From Oopsacas minuta (Eukaryota > Animalia > Porifera), in contig JAKMXF010000110.1 in the NCBI GenBank assembly GCA_024704765.1, positions 777,186 through 841,185 on the forward strand: a DNA stretch of 64,000 nucleotides. Reading direction: 5' to 3'. How positions within the stretch are numbered: position 1 is the stretch's first letter; each line of letters opens with the position of its first letter. This document shows, piece after piece, positions 1-10,185 of this stretch. The notes under the pieces were generated by a model. That model worked only from the letters and a program-made list of their open reading frames with translations, was not told the DNA's origin and ran no database searches. The position numbers and the translations under genes are program-made.

Positions 1-2469
1 AATCTCAGATTTAAGTTCTGTTCTATCACTTTGCAGAGCAGCTACTTGATTCTTTAACATAACCTCATCATTTCGTATTTCTACTCGCAATCCTGATGGC
101 ATGAAAACATTCTGTGTTAAGTGAGGGTCCCTGAACCTGTAGTAGACAGGGGGGAGTCCTGTAATGCTAGCTGTTAGAATCACAGTTATTAGTATTAATA
201 CTGGGAGTACTGCTCGTTTAGTGACGTAATCTTGTATAAGGAAGAATGATAGAATCAGCACTAGAGTGAATATAGTCATGTTGTACATTGTCCATGTGAT
301 TGTCCCCCAGTACTGGAGGCTCTTAATCTTAACATTCCTAAGGTTATATGCCATCACTAAGCCGATTAATACTATGAAAATTTTGTATATGATTAGCAAA
401 CCAATGAATACGTCGCTTGCGATTACTTGTTGAGCAGAAATACCACATTGTATTACACTTATAAATGGAGTGATGTCTGAACCAGCGGGTAGAACTTCAG
501 ATTTCATAACAAGAGAGCTAACTAATGACCAGATTATCACGAAAATAATATCAACACAGGTGAACAATAATGGCCAAGCAAACTGGACAAGTAATCGCAC
601 CTTTTGACCCAAATCGAATCTTAGTTTTACTGCAAGCAAATATATCAAGCTAGCTTTCCCAATCATTCCACCGAAAATCAAACTAGATGCAACCAACAGG
701 AGACTAACAGGTAACATGCATAAGAGCTTACAGTTTGCTGTTTCGCATACCTCCGTGGTAGCTGGTTCTCCTTCGATGTTACCCATGAATCCCGAGTTAT
801 CATGTTCAACTATTCTATCATTAGTTACATAGAATACTCCAGCTAGTATCAGGAGATAGTTTCCAGTTAGGATGATGCAAGTGAGTATCGGAGAGGAGTT
901 TTTGATTGATTCCAGCTTTTGGAATTTCCCAACTATTATCACTACTATGAGAATTGTGACGTATGCTACTATACAGAATGATAACAGGATTCCTATGGAT
1001 ATGATAGCTATATGTACGTGTGTATTCTCAATCCCGTCTGTAGCTGCTTCTACATTGAAGTACATGTAATCTTCTTGAATACACATGATTTGATTTATGG
1101 TATCATCTGTGTAGTTCTCATAATATGGAATGTTCTCACATTCTCCACGTCTGATAAGGCTCCCGTTCACAAACTCGAGTACCTGCACTCGATCATAGAA
1201 CCTCTCATGGCCATAGAATTCAACTTTTCCACTCCAACCTATGAAATTTTGCTTCAACATACCAGTGTATACAGCGTTTGAGTAGTCACTGTCTTCACTG
1301 AAGTAGATACTATTTGCTTGGAGAATATTTTCCTGTGATATTTCTGTTAGGTTCATTCCAGTATTCACAGTATCTTGTAAGGCTAGAGCTAATGTCCATA
1401 TTGAATCATACACATACGCATCATGTCGATCAGATTCCTTCTCAAACCTCACTATATCATCACCTATTCTACTTAGGGCAAGACTTTTATACTCTTGGTA
1501 TATTTCAGCTGTTGACTTGTTTACTATATTTGGCTGCTCGTTATCTTCGGTCTCTCCTCTAAAGTTGTTTTCGCTATGTGCTCCCAGGAAACCCAAAGCT
1601 CCATTTGAAATCTCTGCTACTTGTTCTGCAGTACAACCAACCTCATCTAAGACATCTTGCTTCTTGTGCCACTGATCTGTGAACCATCCAAGGAATATCC
1701 AAGTAGCTATTGGGGGTAGTAGATAGTTTTCTCCTTTTTTGTGTAGCTCACAAAATATTTTTATAGCAGCATCTTCGTACATATTAGCGATTATTATTCT
1801 GTACCCGTTGCCTCTGAGGTTGTCTGCTATTGTACTGACCTGTTGTTCCAGTGGTAAGGTCCCATCTGGAGCGAAGTCTTCTACCCTGTAATCTACATTC
1901 AATTTATCCAGTACTGTCTCCATGAAGTGAGAGCTAGCTACGAATATCGGATCCTGTTCGTTTATAATGGCTACTCGTTTCCAGTTGTTTTGCTGGATGA
2001 ACCTCGCACGAGCAGGGACTGCATTCAAATCTGAAGGCACACCTCGGACGAATTTGGGATACAAATTCCTATTCCCCAGGTTTGGGGCTGTTGAAGCATA
2101 CGCGATCTGTGCCAGTCCGTACCGATATGAGAGAGCTGCTACTTGACTAGTGGCTACTGCACATCCTCCCCCAAACACAGCCATGTATGTTTTCGTTTGA
2201 TATCCCAGAGCATCCACGAATTCTTTGAGAGCTATCCCTCCGTTACATTCCGTATTCTTCCAGTCTATCACTAGCTCGTAATCAGTGAGAATTGTTCCAT
2301 TTTGCTGTATATGTTTGAGAGCTAATTCAGCACTGTATTCTACGAACGGTTCTGTCCATCCATTCCCGCTTTTTGGGTACAATCCTAATATATCTAATCT
2401 CTGTTTGCAGATTGCTACCTGTATGTATATACAGAGTACTGCAGTTAATGATAACAGTGGTATCTTCAT
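1..2469 (-). CDS. Class C GPCR, GABA-B receptor-like, tandem copy 1 (intronless; runs off window start)
   Basis: ATG at 2469. Collinear with the 848-aa ORF at 3386-5932, with one in-frame 6-bp insertion (DNLRGNGY vs DNLRGY). The frame is open in the segments I translated, including position 1 (coiled-coil region); about 84 nt lie outside the window. Confidence 0.88.
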   Translation of the reverse strand, partial: MKIPLLSLTAVLCIYIQVAICKQRLDILGLYPKSGNGWTEPFVEYSAELALKHIQQNGTILTDYELVIDWKNTECNGGIALKEFVDALGYQTKTYMAVFGGGCAVATSQVAALSYRYGLAQIAYASTAPNLGNRNLYPKFVRGVPSDLNAVPARARFIQQNNWKRVAIINEQDPIFVASSHFMETVLDKLNVDYRVEDFAPDGTLPLEQQVSTIADNLRGNGYRIIIANMYEDAAIKIFCELHKKGENYLLPPIATWIFLGWFTDQWHKKQDVLDEVGCTAEQVAEISNGALGFLGAHSENNFRGETEDNEQPNIVNKSTAEIYQEYKSLALSRIGDDIVRFEKESDRHDAYVYDSIWTLALALQDTVNTGMNLTEISQENILQANSIYFSEDSDYSNAVYTGMLKQNFIGWSGKVEFYGHERFYDRVQVLEFVNGSLIRRGECENIPYYENYTDDTINQIMCIQEDYMYFNVEAATDGIENTHVHIAIISIGILLSFCIVAYVTILIVVIIVGKFQKLESIKNSSPILTCIILTGNYLLILAGVFYVTNDRIVEHDNSGFMGNIEGEPATTEVCETANCKLLCMLPVSLLLVASSLIFGGMIGKASLIYLLAVKLRFDLGQKVRLLVQFAWPLLFTCVDIIFVIIWSLVSSLVMKSEVLPAGSDITPFISVIQCGISAQQVIASDVFIGLLIIYKIFIVLIGLVMAYNLRNVKIKSLQYWGTITWTMYNMTIFTLVLILSFFLIQDYVTKRAVLPVLILITVILTASITGLPPVYYRFRDPHLTQNVFMPSGLRVEIRNDEVMLKNQVAALQSDRTELKSEI

Positions 2470-3385
2470 GACCGAGTTTAATTACTCTTTATTATGCTTG
2501 GATCTTAGTAAATCTGTTTAAATATTCATCTGCAACTTCTACATACTTATAATTAATCCTCAGTCTAGTTTACATATTTATCTCTAATTTACATATACAC
2601 CTAAATATGTAAAATATTCTCGTGATAGCTCTCTTATGGCATAATATTCGGTATTAATTCTTTGCCAGGTATAATATTTCTCAATTAGTCACTAACATTT
2701 TGTGCTCGAATTTGGGGATTTTGGTACACTTCACAACAGTGATAATGTTATGATATTTTATGATATTTTATGATATTTATTCACTTAATACTCCTACGTG
2801 TAAATTTAATTCTTTATATATATATCAGTGTGTATAATCAATCCACATATTTCCAATACTCCACATAGTATTTACTTTTGCAGACTAATATGGTAGATAA
2901 CCCATTCTAAATTTCTGTTAATATTTAAGTAATACAAATCACTGAATTAGGATTGTTTACGTGTAATATTCCACACAATATTCATTAAAATAATTTTTCA
3001 ATGTAAATCACTGATTAGAATCAAATTATCCAAGCACAGAGTTATACGAATCTTATTAATCACTTGGATGATGATGCACAGTATATAGAATATGAGAGAT
3101 AGATCGAGCCTTGTGTTAGAAGGCACGTCGCTATCTCATATCGGTATGGATTATCGCTTATAAGCTTCAACTGCCTCACATATAGGTGATGAGAACATTA
3201 ACAAATAGTTATAGGAGTACACATTAAAATTGGTCCCATATGTTTCCTATCCTCCCTTAATATTCTATTAATTGTGTGTGAATCATTTGTTTATTTGATA
3301 AGGAGCAGGAATTAATATAAGTACAAATATCAAACTATTACATTAATCAGTAAACATATAACAAACACTATCAGTATTATCTTTA

Positions 3386-5932
3386 TCAATTTGTATTTGC
3401 AAATTCATTAACAAATGTGTCTGCACTCGGCCCACTATCTTTAGTGAATTTATCACTTTTCAGGATCTCCATCTCTGTCTCGAGTTGATTCATATCTCTC
3501 TGTAGAGCAGTTACTTGTTCCTTGAGCATTATTTCATCTTGTACTATTCCACCCCTTAACCCTGGTAAGTGAGATTTCTCTTTCAATAGATGAGGATCTC
3601 TGACCCTGTAGTAGACAGGAGGGAGTCCTGTAATATTAGCTGTTATGAATACTGTAAGTAATACAAGTGCAAATATTACTGCCCGTTTAGCTACGTAATC
3701 TTGTATCAGGAAGAATGATAGAATCAGCACTAGAGTGAATATAGTCATGTTGTAGGTAGTCCATGTAATTGTACCCCAGTACCTGAGACTGTTTTTCTTA
3801 ACATTCCTAAGGTTGTATGCCATCACTAAGCCGATTAATACTATTCCGCCTTTGTATATGATTAGGAAACCAATGAATACATTGCTCACAATTACTTGTT
3901 GAGTTGAAATACCACATTGTATGACACGTATGAATGGAGTGATGTCTGAACCAGTGGGTAGAACATCAGATTCCATAACTAGAGAACTCACTAATGACCA
4001 GATTATCACGAAAATAATATCAACACAGGTGAACAATAATGGCCAAGCAAACTGGACAAGTAATCGCACCTTTTGACCCAAATCGAATCTTAGTTTTACT
4101 GCAAGCAAATATATCAAGCTAGCTTTCCCAATCATTCCACCGAAAATCAAACTAGATGCAACCAACAGGAGACTAACAGGTAACATGCATAAGAGCTTAC
4201 AGTTTGCTGTTTCGCATACCTCCGTGGTAGCTGGTTCTCCTTCGATGTTACCCATGAATCCCGAGTTATCATGTTCAACTATTCTATCATTAGTTACATA
4301 GAATACTCCAGCTAGTATCAGGAGATAGTTTCCAGTTAGGATGATGCAAGTGAGTATCGGAGAGGAGTTTTTGATTGATTCCAGCTTTTGGAATTTCCCA
4401 ACTATTATCACTACTATGAGAATTGTGACGTATGCTACTATACAGAATGATAACAGGATTCCTATGGATATGATAGCTATATGTACGTGTGTATTCTCAA
4501 TCCCATCTGTAGCTGCTTCTACATTGAAGTACATGTAATCTTCTTGAATACACATGATTTGATTTATGGTATCATCTGTGTAGTTCTCATAATATGGAAT
4601 GTTCTCACATTCTCCACGTCTGATAAGGCTCCCATTCACAAACTCTACAATCTGCACTCGATCATAGAACCTCTCATGGCCATAGAATTCAACTTTTCCA
4701 CTCCAACCTATGAAATTTTGCTTCAACATACCAGTGTATACAGCGTTTGAGTAGTCACTGTCTTCACTGAAGTAGATACTATTTGCTTGGAGAATATTTT
4801 CCTGTGATATTTCTGTTAGGTTCATTCCAGTATTCACAGTATCTTGTAAGGCTAGAGCTAATGTCCATATTGAATCATACACATACGCATCATGGTGATC
4901 AGATTCCTTCTCAAACCTCATTATATCATCACCTATTCTACTTAGGGCAAGACTTTTATACTCTTGGTATATTTCAGCTGTTGACTTGTTTACTATGGTT
5001 AGCTGCTCGTTATCTTCGGTCTCTCCTCTAAAGTTGTTTTCGCTATGTATTACTCGGAAACCCAAAGCTCCATTCGAGATCTCTGCTACTTGTTCTGCAG
5101 TACAACCAACCTCATCTAAGACATCTTGCTTCTTGTGCCACTGATCTGTGAACCATCCAAGGAATATCCAAGTAGCTATTGGGGGTAGTAGATAGTTTTC
5201 TTTTCGTGTATACAGCTTACAGAGTATTTTTATAGCTGCATCTTCGTACATATTAGCGATTATTACTCTATACCCTCTGAGGTTGTCTGCTATTGTACTG
5301 ACCTGTTGGTCCAATGATATTATCCCATCTGGAGCGAAGTCTTCTACCCTGTAATCTACATTCAATTTATCCAGTACTGTCTCCATGAAGTGAGAGCTAG
5401 CTACGAATATCGGATCCTGTTCGTTTATAATGGCTACTCGTTTCCAGTTGTTTTGCTGGATGAACCTCGCACGAGCAGGGACTGCATTCAAATCTGAAGG
5501 CACACCTCTGACGAACCTTTTATATATTTCTTCATCTGCTAGGTTTGGGGCTGTTGAAGCATACGCGATCTGTGCCAGTCCGTACCGATATGAGAGAGCT
5601 GCTACTTGACTAGTGGCTACTGCACATCCTCCCCCAAACACAGCCATGTATGTTTTCGTTTGATATCCCAGAGCATCCACGAATTCTTTGAGAGCTATCC
5701 CTCCGTTACATTCCGTATTCTTCCAGTCTATCACTAGCTCGTAATCAGTGAGAATTGTTCCATTTTGCTGTATATGTTTGAGAGCTAATTCAGCACTGTA
5801 TTCTACGAACGGTTCTGTCCATCCATTCCCGCTTTTTGGGTACAATCCTAATATATCTAATCTCTGTTTACAGATTACTACCTGTATGTATATACAGAGT
5901 ACTGCAGTTAATGATAATAGTGGTATCTTCAT
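3386..5932 (-). CDS. Class C GPCR, GABA-B receptor-like, tandem copy 2 (848 aa, intronless)
   Basis: Signal peptide, Venus-flytrap domain (LDILGLYP, GGGCAVAT, QIAYASTAPNL, FVRGVPSD, WKRVAII, AYVYDSIWTLA), no Cys-rich linker, 7 hydrophobic helices and a C-terminal coiled coil (LKEQVTALQRDMNQLETE). This is the GABA-B architecture. Confidence 0.92.
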   Translation of the reverse strand: MKIPLLSLTAVLCIYIQVVICKQRLDILGLYPKSGNGWTEPFVEYSAELALKHIQQNGTILTDYELVIDWKNTECNGGIALKEFVDALGYQTKTYMAVFGGGCAVATSQVAALSYRYGLAQIAYASTAPNLADEEIYKRFVRGVPSDLNAVPARARFIQQNNWKRVAIINEQDPIFVASSHFMETVLDKLNVDYRVEDFAPDGIISLDQQVSTIADNLRGYRVIIANMYEDAAIKILCKLYTRKENYLLPPIATWIFLGWFTDQWHKKQDVLDEVGCTAEQVAEISNGALGFRVIHSENNFRGETEDNEQLTIVNKSTAEIYQEYKSLALSRIGDDIMRFEKESDHHDAYVYDSIWTLALALQDTVNTGMNLTEISQENILQANSIYFSEDSDYSNAVYTGMLKQNFIGWSGKVEFYGHERFYDRVQIVEFVNGSLIRRGECENIPYYENYTDDTINQIMCIQEDYMYFNVEAATDGIENTHVHIAIISIGILLSFCIVAYVTILIVVIIVGKFQKLESIKNSSPILTCIILTGNYLLILAGVFYVTNDRIVEHDNSGFMGNIEGEPATTEVCETANCKLLCMLPVSLLLVASSLIFGGMIGKASLIYLLAVKLRFDLGQKVRLLVQFAWPLLFTCVDIIFVIIWSLVSSLVMESDVLPTGSDITPFIRVIQCGISTQQVIVSNVFIGFLIIYKGGIVLIGLVMAYNLRNVKKNSLRYWGTITWTTYNMTIFTLVLILSFFLIQDYVAKRAVIFALVLLTVFITANITGLPPVYYRVRDPHLLKEKSHLPGLRGGIVQDEIMLKEQVTALQRDMNQLETEMEILKSDKFTKDSGPSADTFVNEFANTN

Positions 5933-6511
5933 GACCGATTTGTTATTCTTAAGTTTTAAACTATCAAACCTCTTTTATATATTTATTTGTATTATTTTTC
6001 TGCAGACTTGTAAATACATATACAGTATACACTGGTCATTGTCATTTCCGTTACTTTCTTTGATTAGTTTAATTTTTATACTTTCACTGTAATAATTCTT
6101 TGTAATTCCTTTCATTATATATTTCTTTATGTGTAAAGTCATAACTCCTTAATTAACCAAAATATTAATCGTTGTTTACACCTTGCATTCCTATAATTCT
6201 GATTGTGCTATCGATCATTCTTCTATTATATTTATGTAATAATTCACGTCTGGTATATTAGCCGTGTAAATATGCTAGAACATATGTTATTATTATTATT
6301 TATTCATAAACTTATTGGTTATCATTTTCAGCATTTGGGCATAGAGATAATTTTCCGATAACTAATGAGAAGTAATTCGTTGTCAAATGGACGTGACCTG
6401 TGCTATCCAAGGGAGCTGTAACCCTGCGATTGAAGAGCCCCCGAATAATCCCGCTGGTCGTGTATATATCCATTAGTTATAACCTTCATTATTATGATAT
6501 AATGTTCTTAG

Positions 6512-7596
6512 GTTTCTACAGAAATGTGCCAAGCTCTTCTTTAGTCTCCCATACCTACAGAATATAATTCCTCTCTCAGTAGCTGCTGCTAAAATAGGAC
6601 ACAGAGAGGCTTCTCTATCTATATTAAAGTTCTACAAGGATCTTGTCACTACAGCATTTCCTGTATGTCTACCTACATCACCTAAACGTATAGCCTCATA
6701 ATATAGTCATTATAATACCATAAGGCGAATATCAATAGTTTAATTTCGTTGTTGCTAGATGACCTTATCTTACTCTAGCTACATTCCTATGTTACTTGTT
6801 GTATCTAGGGAGCTAAGATGATAGATGCTCAATCAGATGCACTTACTGCACTAAATACTAATGGACAGACTATTATTGACGGTTAGTTACACCCATTAGA
6901 GGTGTTACATGTACCCTTATCTTATATCTATTATGTTGTTTAGTTTTGGTGTTTGGACTAGCGGGAGAGATTCCATCTCGTCTATCTATTGAGCTAGCTG
7001 ATTGTCTATGGGCCTTCCTAGAATCCTGTAGGAATGTGAGTTATCTTAAATATTATATTTGTACGTATATGATAATTTCCAATTCGTAATTTTTAAGATA
7101 TGTGTGCTGTAGGAGACTCTCCAATGGATTAGATCATCTCTAGAGAGAGCTCCTGACCATTCCCCTTCTGGATTAGCTGTCAGAGCAGATACTAAACAGA
7201 AATTCTATTCAGATACAGAAAAGTATGTATTTCATCTTGTAGTATTAACCTTATGTATTCTTGGTATATCTGTTATATATTAAACTGGGATATTACCAGA
7301 AATCCATAGTTACCTGCAGCTGGTTCATATTCTTGCTTATAATATAGCAATACATAGCGAATATCTATGGTATACTTCGTCACCAGATCCTCGACTTGTT
7401 AATTCTAGCTTGGTTCAGATATTCTCCATAGTACTGTTCCATTCAGAGTCTAAGCCCTTGATATGACTGAACTGGGCCTCGCTCTAGACACATGATTACA
7501 CTAATCAATGGTATAATTCTGTACCTTTACAGGTGTGAAGATAAAGAACATTTCAAGAGTATTTGTCGCAGTCTTGCTGGTAAATACCATGCTTAA
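6512..7596 (+). CDS. TNPO3: Transportin-3 (importin-beta family), last five exons only (~160 aa)
   Basis: Exons 6512-6662, 6809-6881, 6944-7035, 7113-7222 and 7533-7596 splice in frame via GT-AG. The peptide (IGHREASLSILKFYKDLV...LAGEIPSRLSIELADCLWAF...ETLQWIRSSLERAP...CEDKEHFKSICRSLAGKYHA*) aligns by eye with the TNPO3 C-terminus. No upstream exons were found in the window. Confidence 0.75.
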
Positions 7597-8884
7597 CATA
7601 CTGACAGATTCAAGTAGGACTCTATCAATTACTATTAGTAGTGCTTCAAATACTTATTTTTATTCCTAAACCTTGGTAGAAATAGCTGTATCGATTGATG
7701 GCTTGTGTGTGTGTGTGTGTGTGTTTGTTTATTTGTTTATTTGTTTGTTTACAATAGTTTTATACATATGTTTAGTATACTGACTATTTATCCTAATTAG
7801 CATCACTTCTATCAGTTTATGTATATTTATATGGTCAGCAAAGATACGTTAAATGACATTAGTGAGGATGTGGGAGAGATAGCAACCAATATTCGTAGAA
7901 TTGTCTGATTGCTGTTTGTATATTCTATCAATTCATACAACAACAATAATTGAGAATATTATAGTAGTTGTGATATATGATTACAATCACAACAAAACTG
8001 CGGGTATTACGTGTTACTCATATTCATGTTACATCAATAATTCTCCAATTAATGCCACGTACTTCCTTTGATGTTATTCTAATTTAGAGCCAGGAAGCTA
8101 TCCTGGAAGTGGTTACCATCACTGGGGAGTAGGGGTTGTATTGTATAACATATCAAGTTACCAAATTTGTGTCCAATCAGATTATTAAAATCTGTCACGA
8201 TTGGTAGCAATTATTGCTTGCAAACTTTGATTGATTTTTGTTTGAATACTTTTGTGTATATTTGTGACTGATAAAGTATGATTTTGCAGTTTTTATCGTC
8301 CTGACTAGCAGGACATATATTGTCATATTATTTTATTTGTTATCGTCCTGACTAGCCTTCTGTGTAGAGTTTACGCATGTACATAGAAGGTATTCTACTG
8401 GAATATTTTTGAAGGGGTTGTTGTAATTCTTATTGAATATACAAGAAATTCCAGCTGCAGTGGGGCTTTAGAAACGGAGTGAAAAATAAATAGAGCTAAT
8501 TCCTAGTCCCTTTCAAATGAACCTCCACAAACAGGATAGCATGTTTTCTGTCTTCCTGACACCTCGTTTGTGGCCACAGATATATATTATGTGTTATAGA
8601 TATTCTCATTTATGTTACATCTAATATTATTATTAAATATCCGCAAACATATGTACACACAAAATCAGCTGATATAATATACAGAGATATGTGTAGGTTG
8701 AAAAGTAGAGTCGGGTTATGTTATTAATTGTTTAATTATCAGAATTAATTGGCTCTGTTTACTGATTAGAGATTATTTGAATTTACATTATATCTAAGAG
8801 TCTGCTAAGTAATACATTCTTTTACTAATTGTATGGGAAGAATATTCGTATAAGATTCTATTAGTATATATTAATATCACCATC

Positions 8885-8982
8885 CTCTGGAATACGGTTC
8901 TCGCATATTCCTGTATATTTATACCGGTTATAAGAACATGTAATGCTACTCCCTAGGGTGTTCTTATAACCGGTATACACTG
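8885..8982 (+). repeat. Dispersed ~120-bp hairpin repeat, copy 1
   Basis: Perfect 19-bp inverted repeat TATACCGGTTATAAGAACA (8920-8938) / TGTTCTTATAACCGGTATA (8959-8977) with a 20-nt spacer; homologous to 18994-19117, 44600-44722 and 51961-52019. Confidence 0.85.
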
Positions 8983-10185
8983 AACTGCTATTTTATTAAT
9001 TACAGAATGTTAGTGACTCTTCTATTAGAGCTGATAACAGATTTTGTGTATAAACTCAAATTTACTATTTTAAAGGAGGAATCTCTCTAATCAGCAAATA
9101 ATATATCAGTGATAAAATCAGGTAATTTAATTAAGCTTACAAGAGATAGCACCTATTGAGTAGTTGAAAATCCCATTTTATAAATATCTCAGCTTTTGAG
9201 TTGCACAATATGATTATACCCAAATACTGGAGAGCTGGATTATTAAAGGATAATTCTGTTGTAGATTGGTATATGTAATGTCTGCTAAATCAGGTTGAAT
9301 GCCATTGTGCAATCTCTGTTACTAGGCTGATACAATATAGAATTATCCCGTATGTATAATTCATGGTTAGTTGTGTAATATTATAAACCCCGTATGGATT
9401 ACCAAACAAGGAAATTGGGTAGACCTACATCTGTGAATTCCTAAGGTAGGTTAAGGTATCCAAGATCTGCTTGTGTTTTTATGAAATATTTGACACAATC
9501 TCACTTCCAAAGTTACCTTCTTTACATTTTTCTGGTGAGATCGAAGTTCTGTCAGTTATTCATAAGAGTTCGCTGGCTTTTTTTGCCTCAAGAAATTAAA
9601 GCTGTACTATAATTAATTACGTGAATGGAGGGTAGCACATGGGTACTGTTAACTGTTAATACTCACTGAACTATTTGTATTATCGTCATTATCCTAGTAA
9701 CAGACTCTACTCTTAAGAATTTATCACCTTAACACCTTAACACCTTAACACCTAAACATATATACTCCTAATAAACAACTCATCTATCCACAATTGTAGA
9801 TCAATCTTAATAGAAAATGGAGAATATTAATTAGCACTTAGTAAGCCGTGTAATGTATGCAATTTGAAAGAATAGGTCCATTAAGGTTTGCCAAGGGGTA
9901 CTAGCCCCCTCATCCCCCTGTCTCCTATGTAACTGGTACTCCACCAGCACACCATCTCTGCTACAAACTACAGAGCTATCCCTGCAGGTATAGCTTAATT
10001 CTATTAACATTAACAAACGCCAGAGCATATGAATGTATTATGTCTGTATTGTACTGCCATTAGACATATACTACTGCATTAACGAATGGGCCTTATAGTC
10101 TTATGTCTGTGTTATCTATAAATACTCACGCAGACCTGAGCTATGTAAGTAGAATAATCTGCAGACTACAGTTTGATACGAAAGA

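Noticed and set aside
872-5031. Duplicated + strand ORFs (872, 1012, 1314, 2285, 4341, 4481, 4783; also 5748)
   Set aside because: Antisense shadows of the two GPCR genes; their duplication only reflects the GPCR duplication.
6331-6470. GC-richer segment as the missing upstream TNPO3 exon
   Set aside because: No frame gives the expected NHPDTVDD-like sequence.
9831-10028. 65-aa minus-strand ORF and adjacent GC-richer patch
   Set aside because: No recognisable product and no consistent exon chain.
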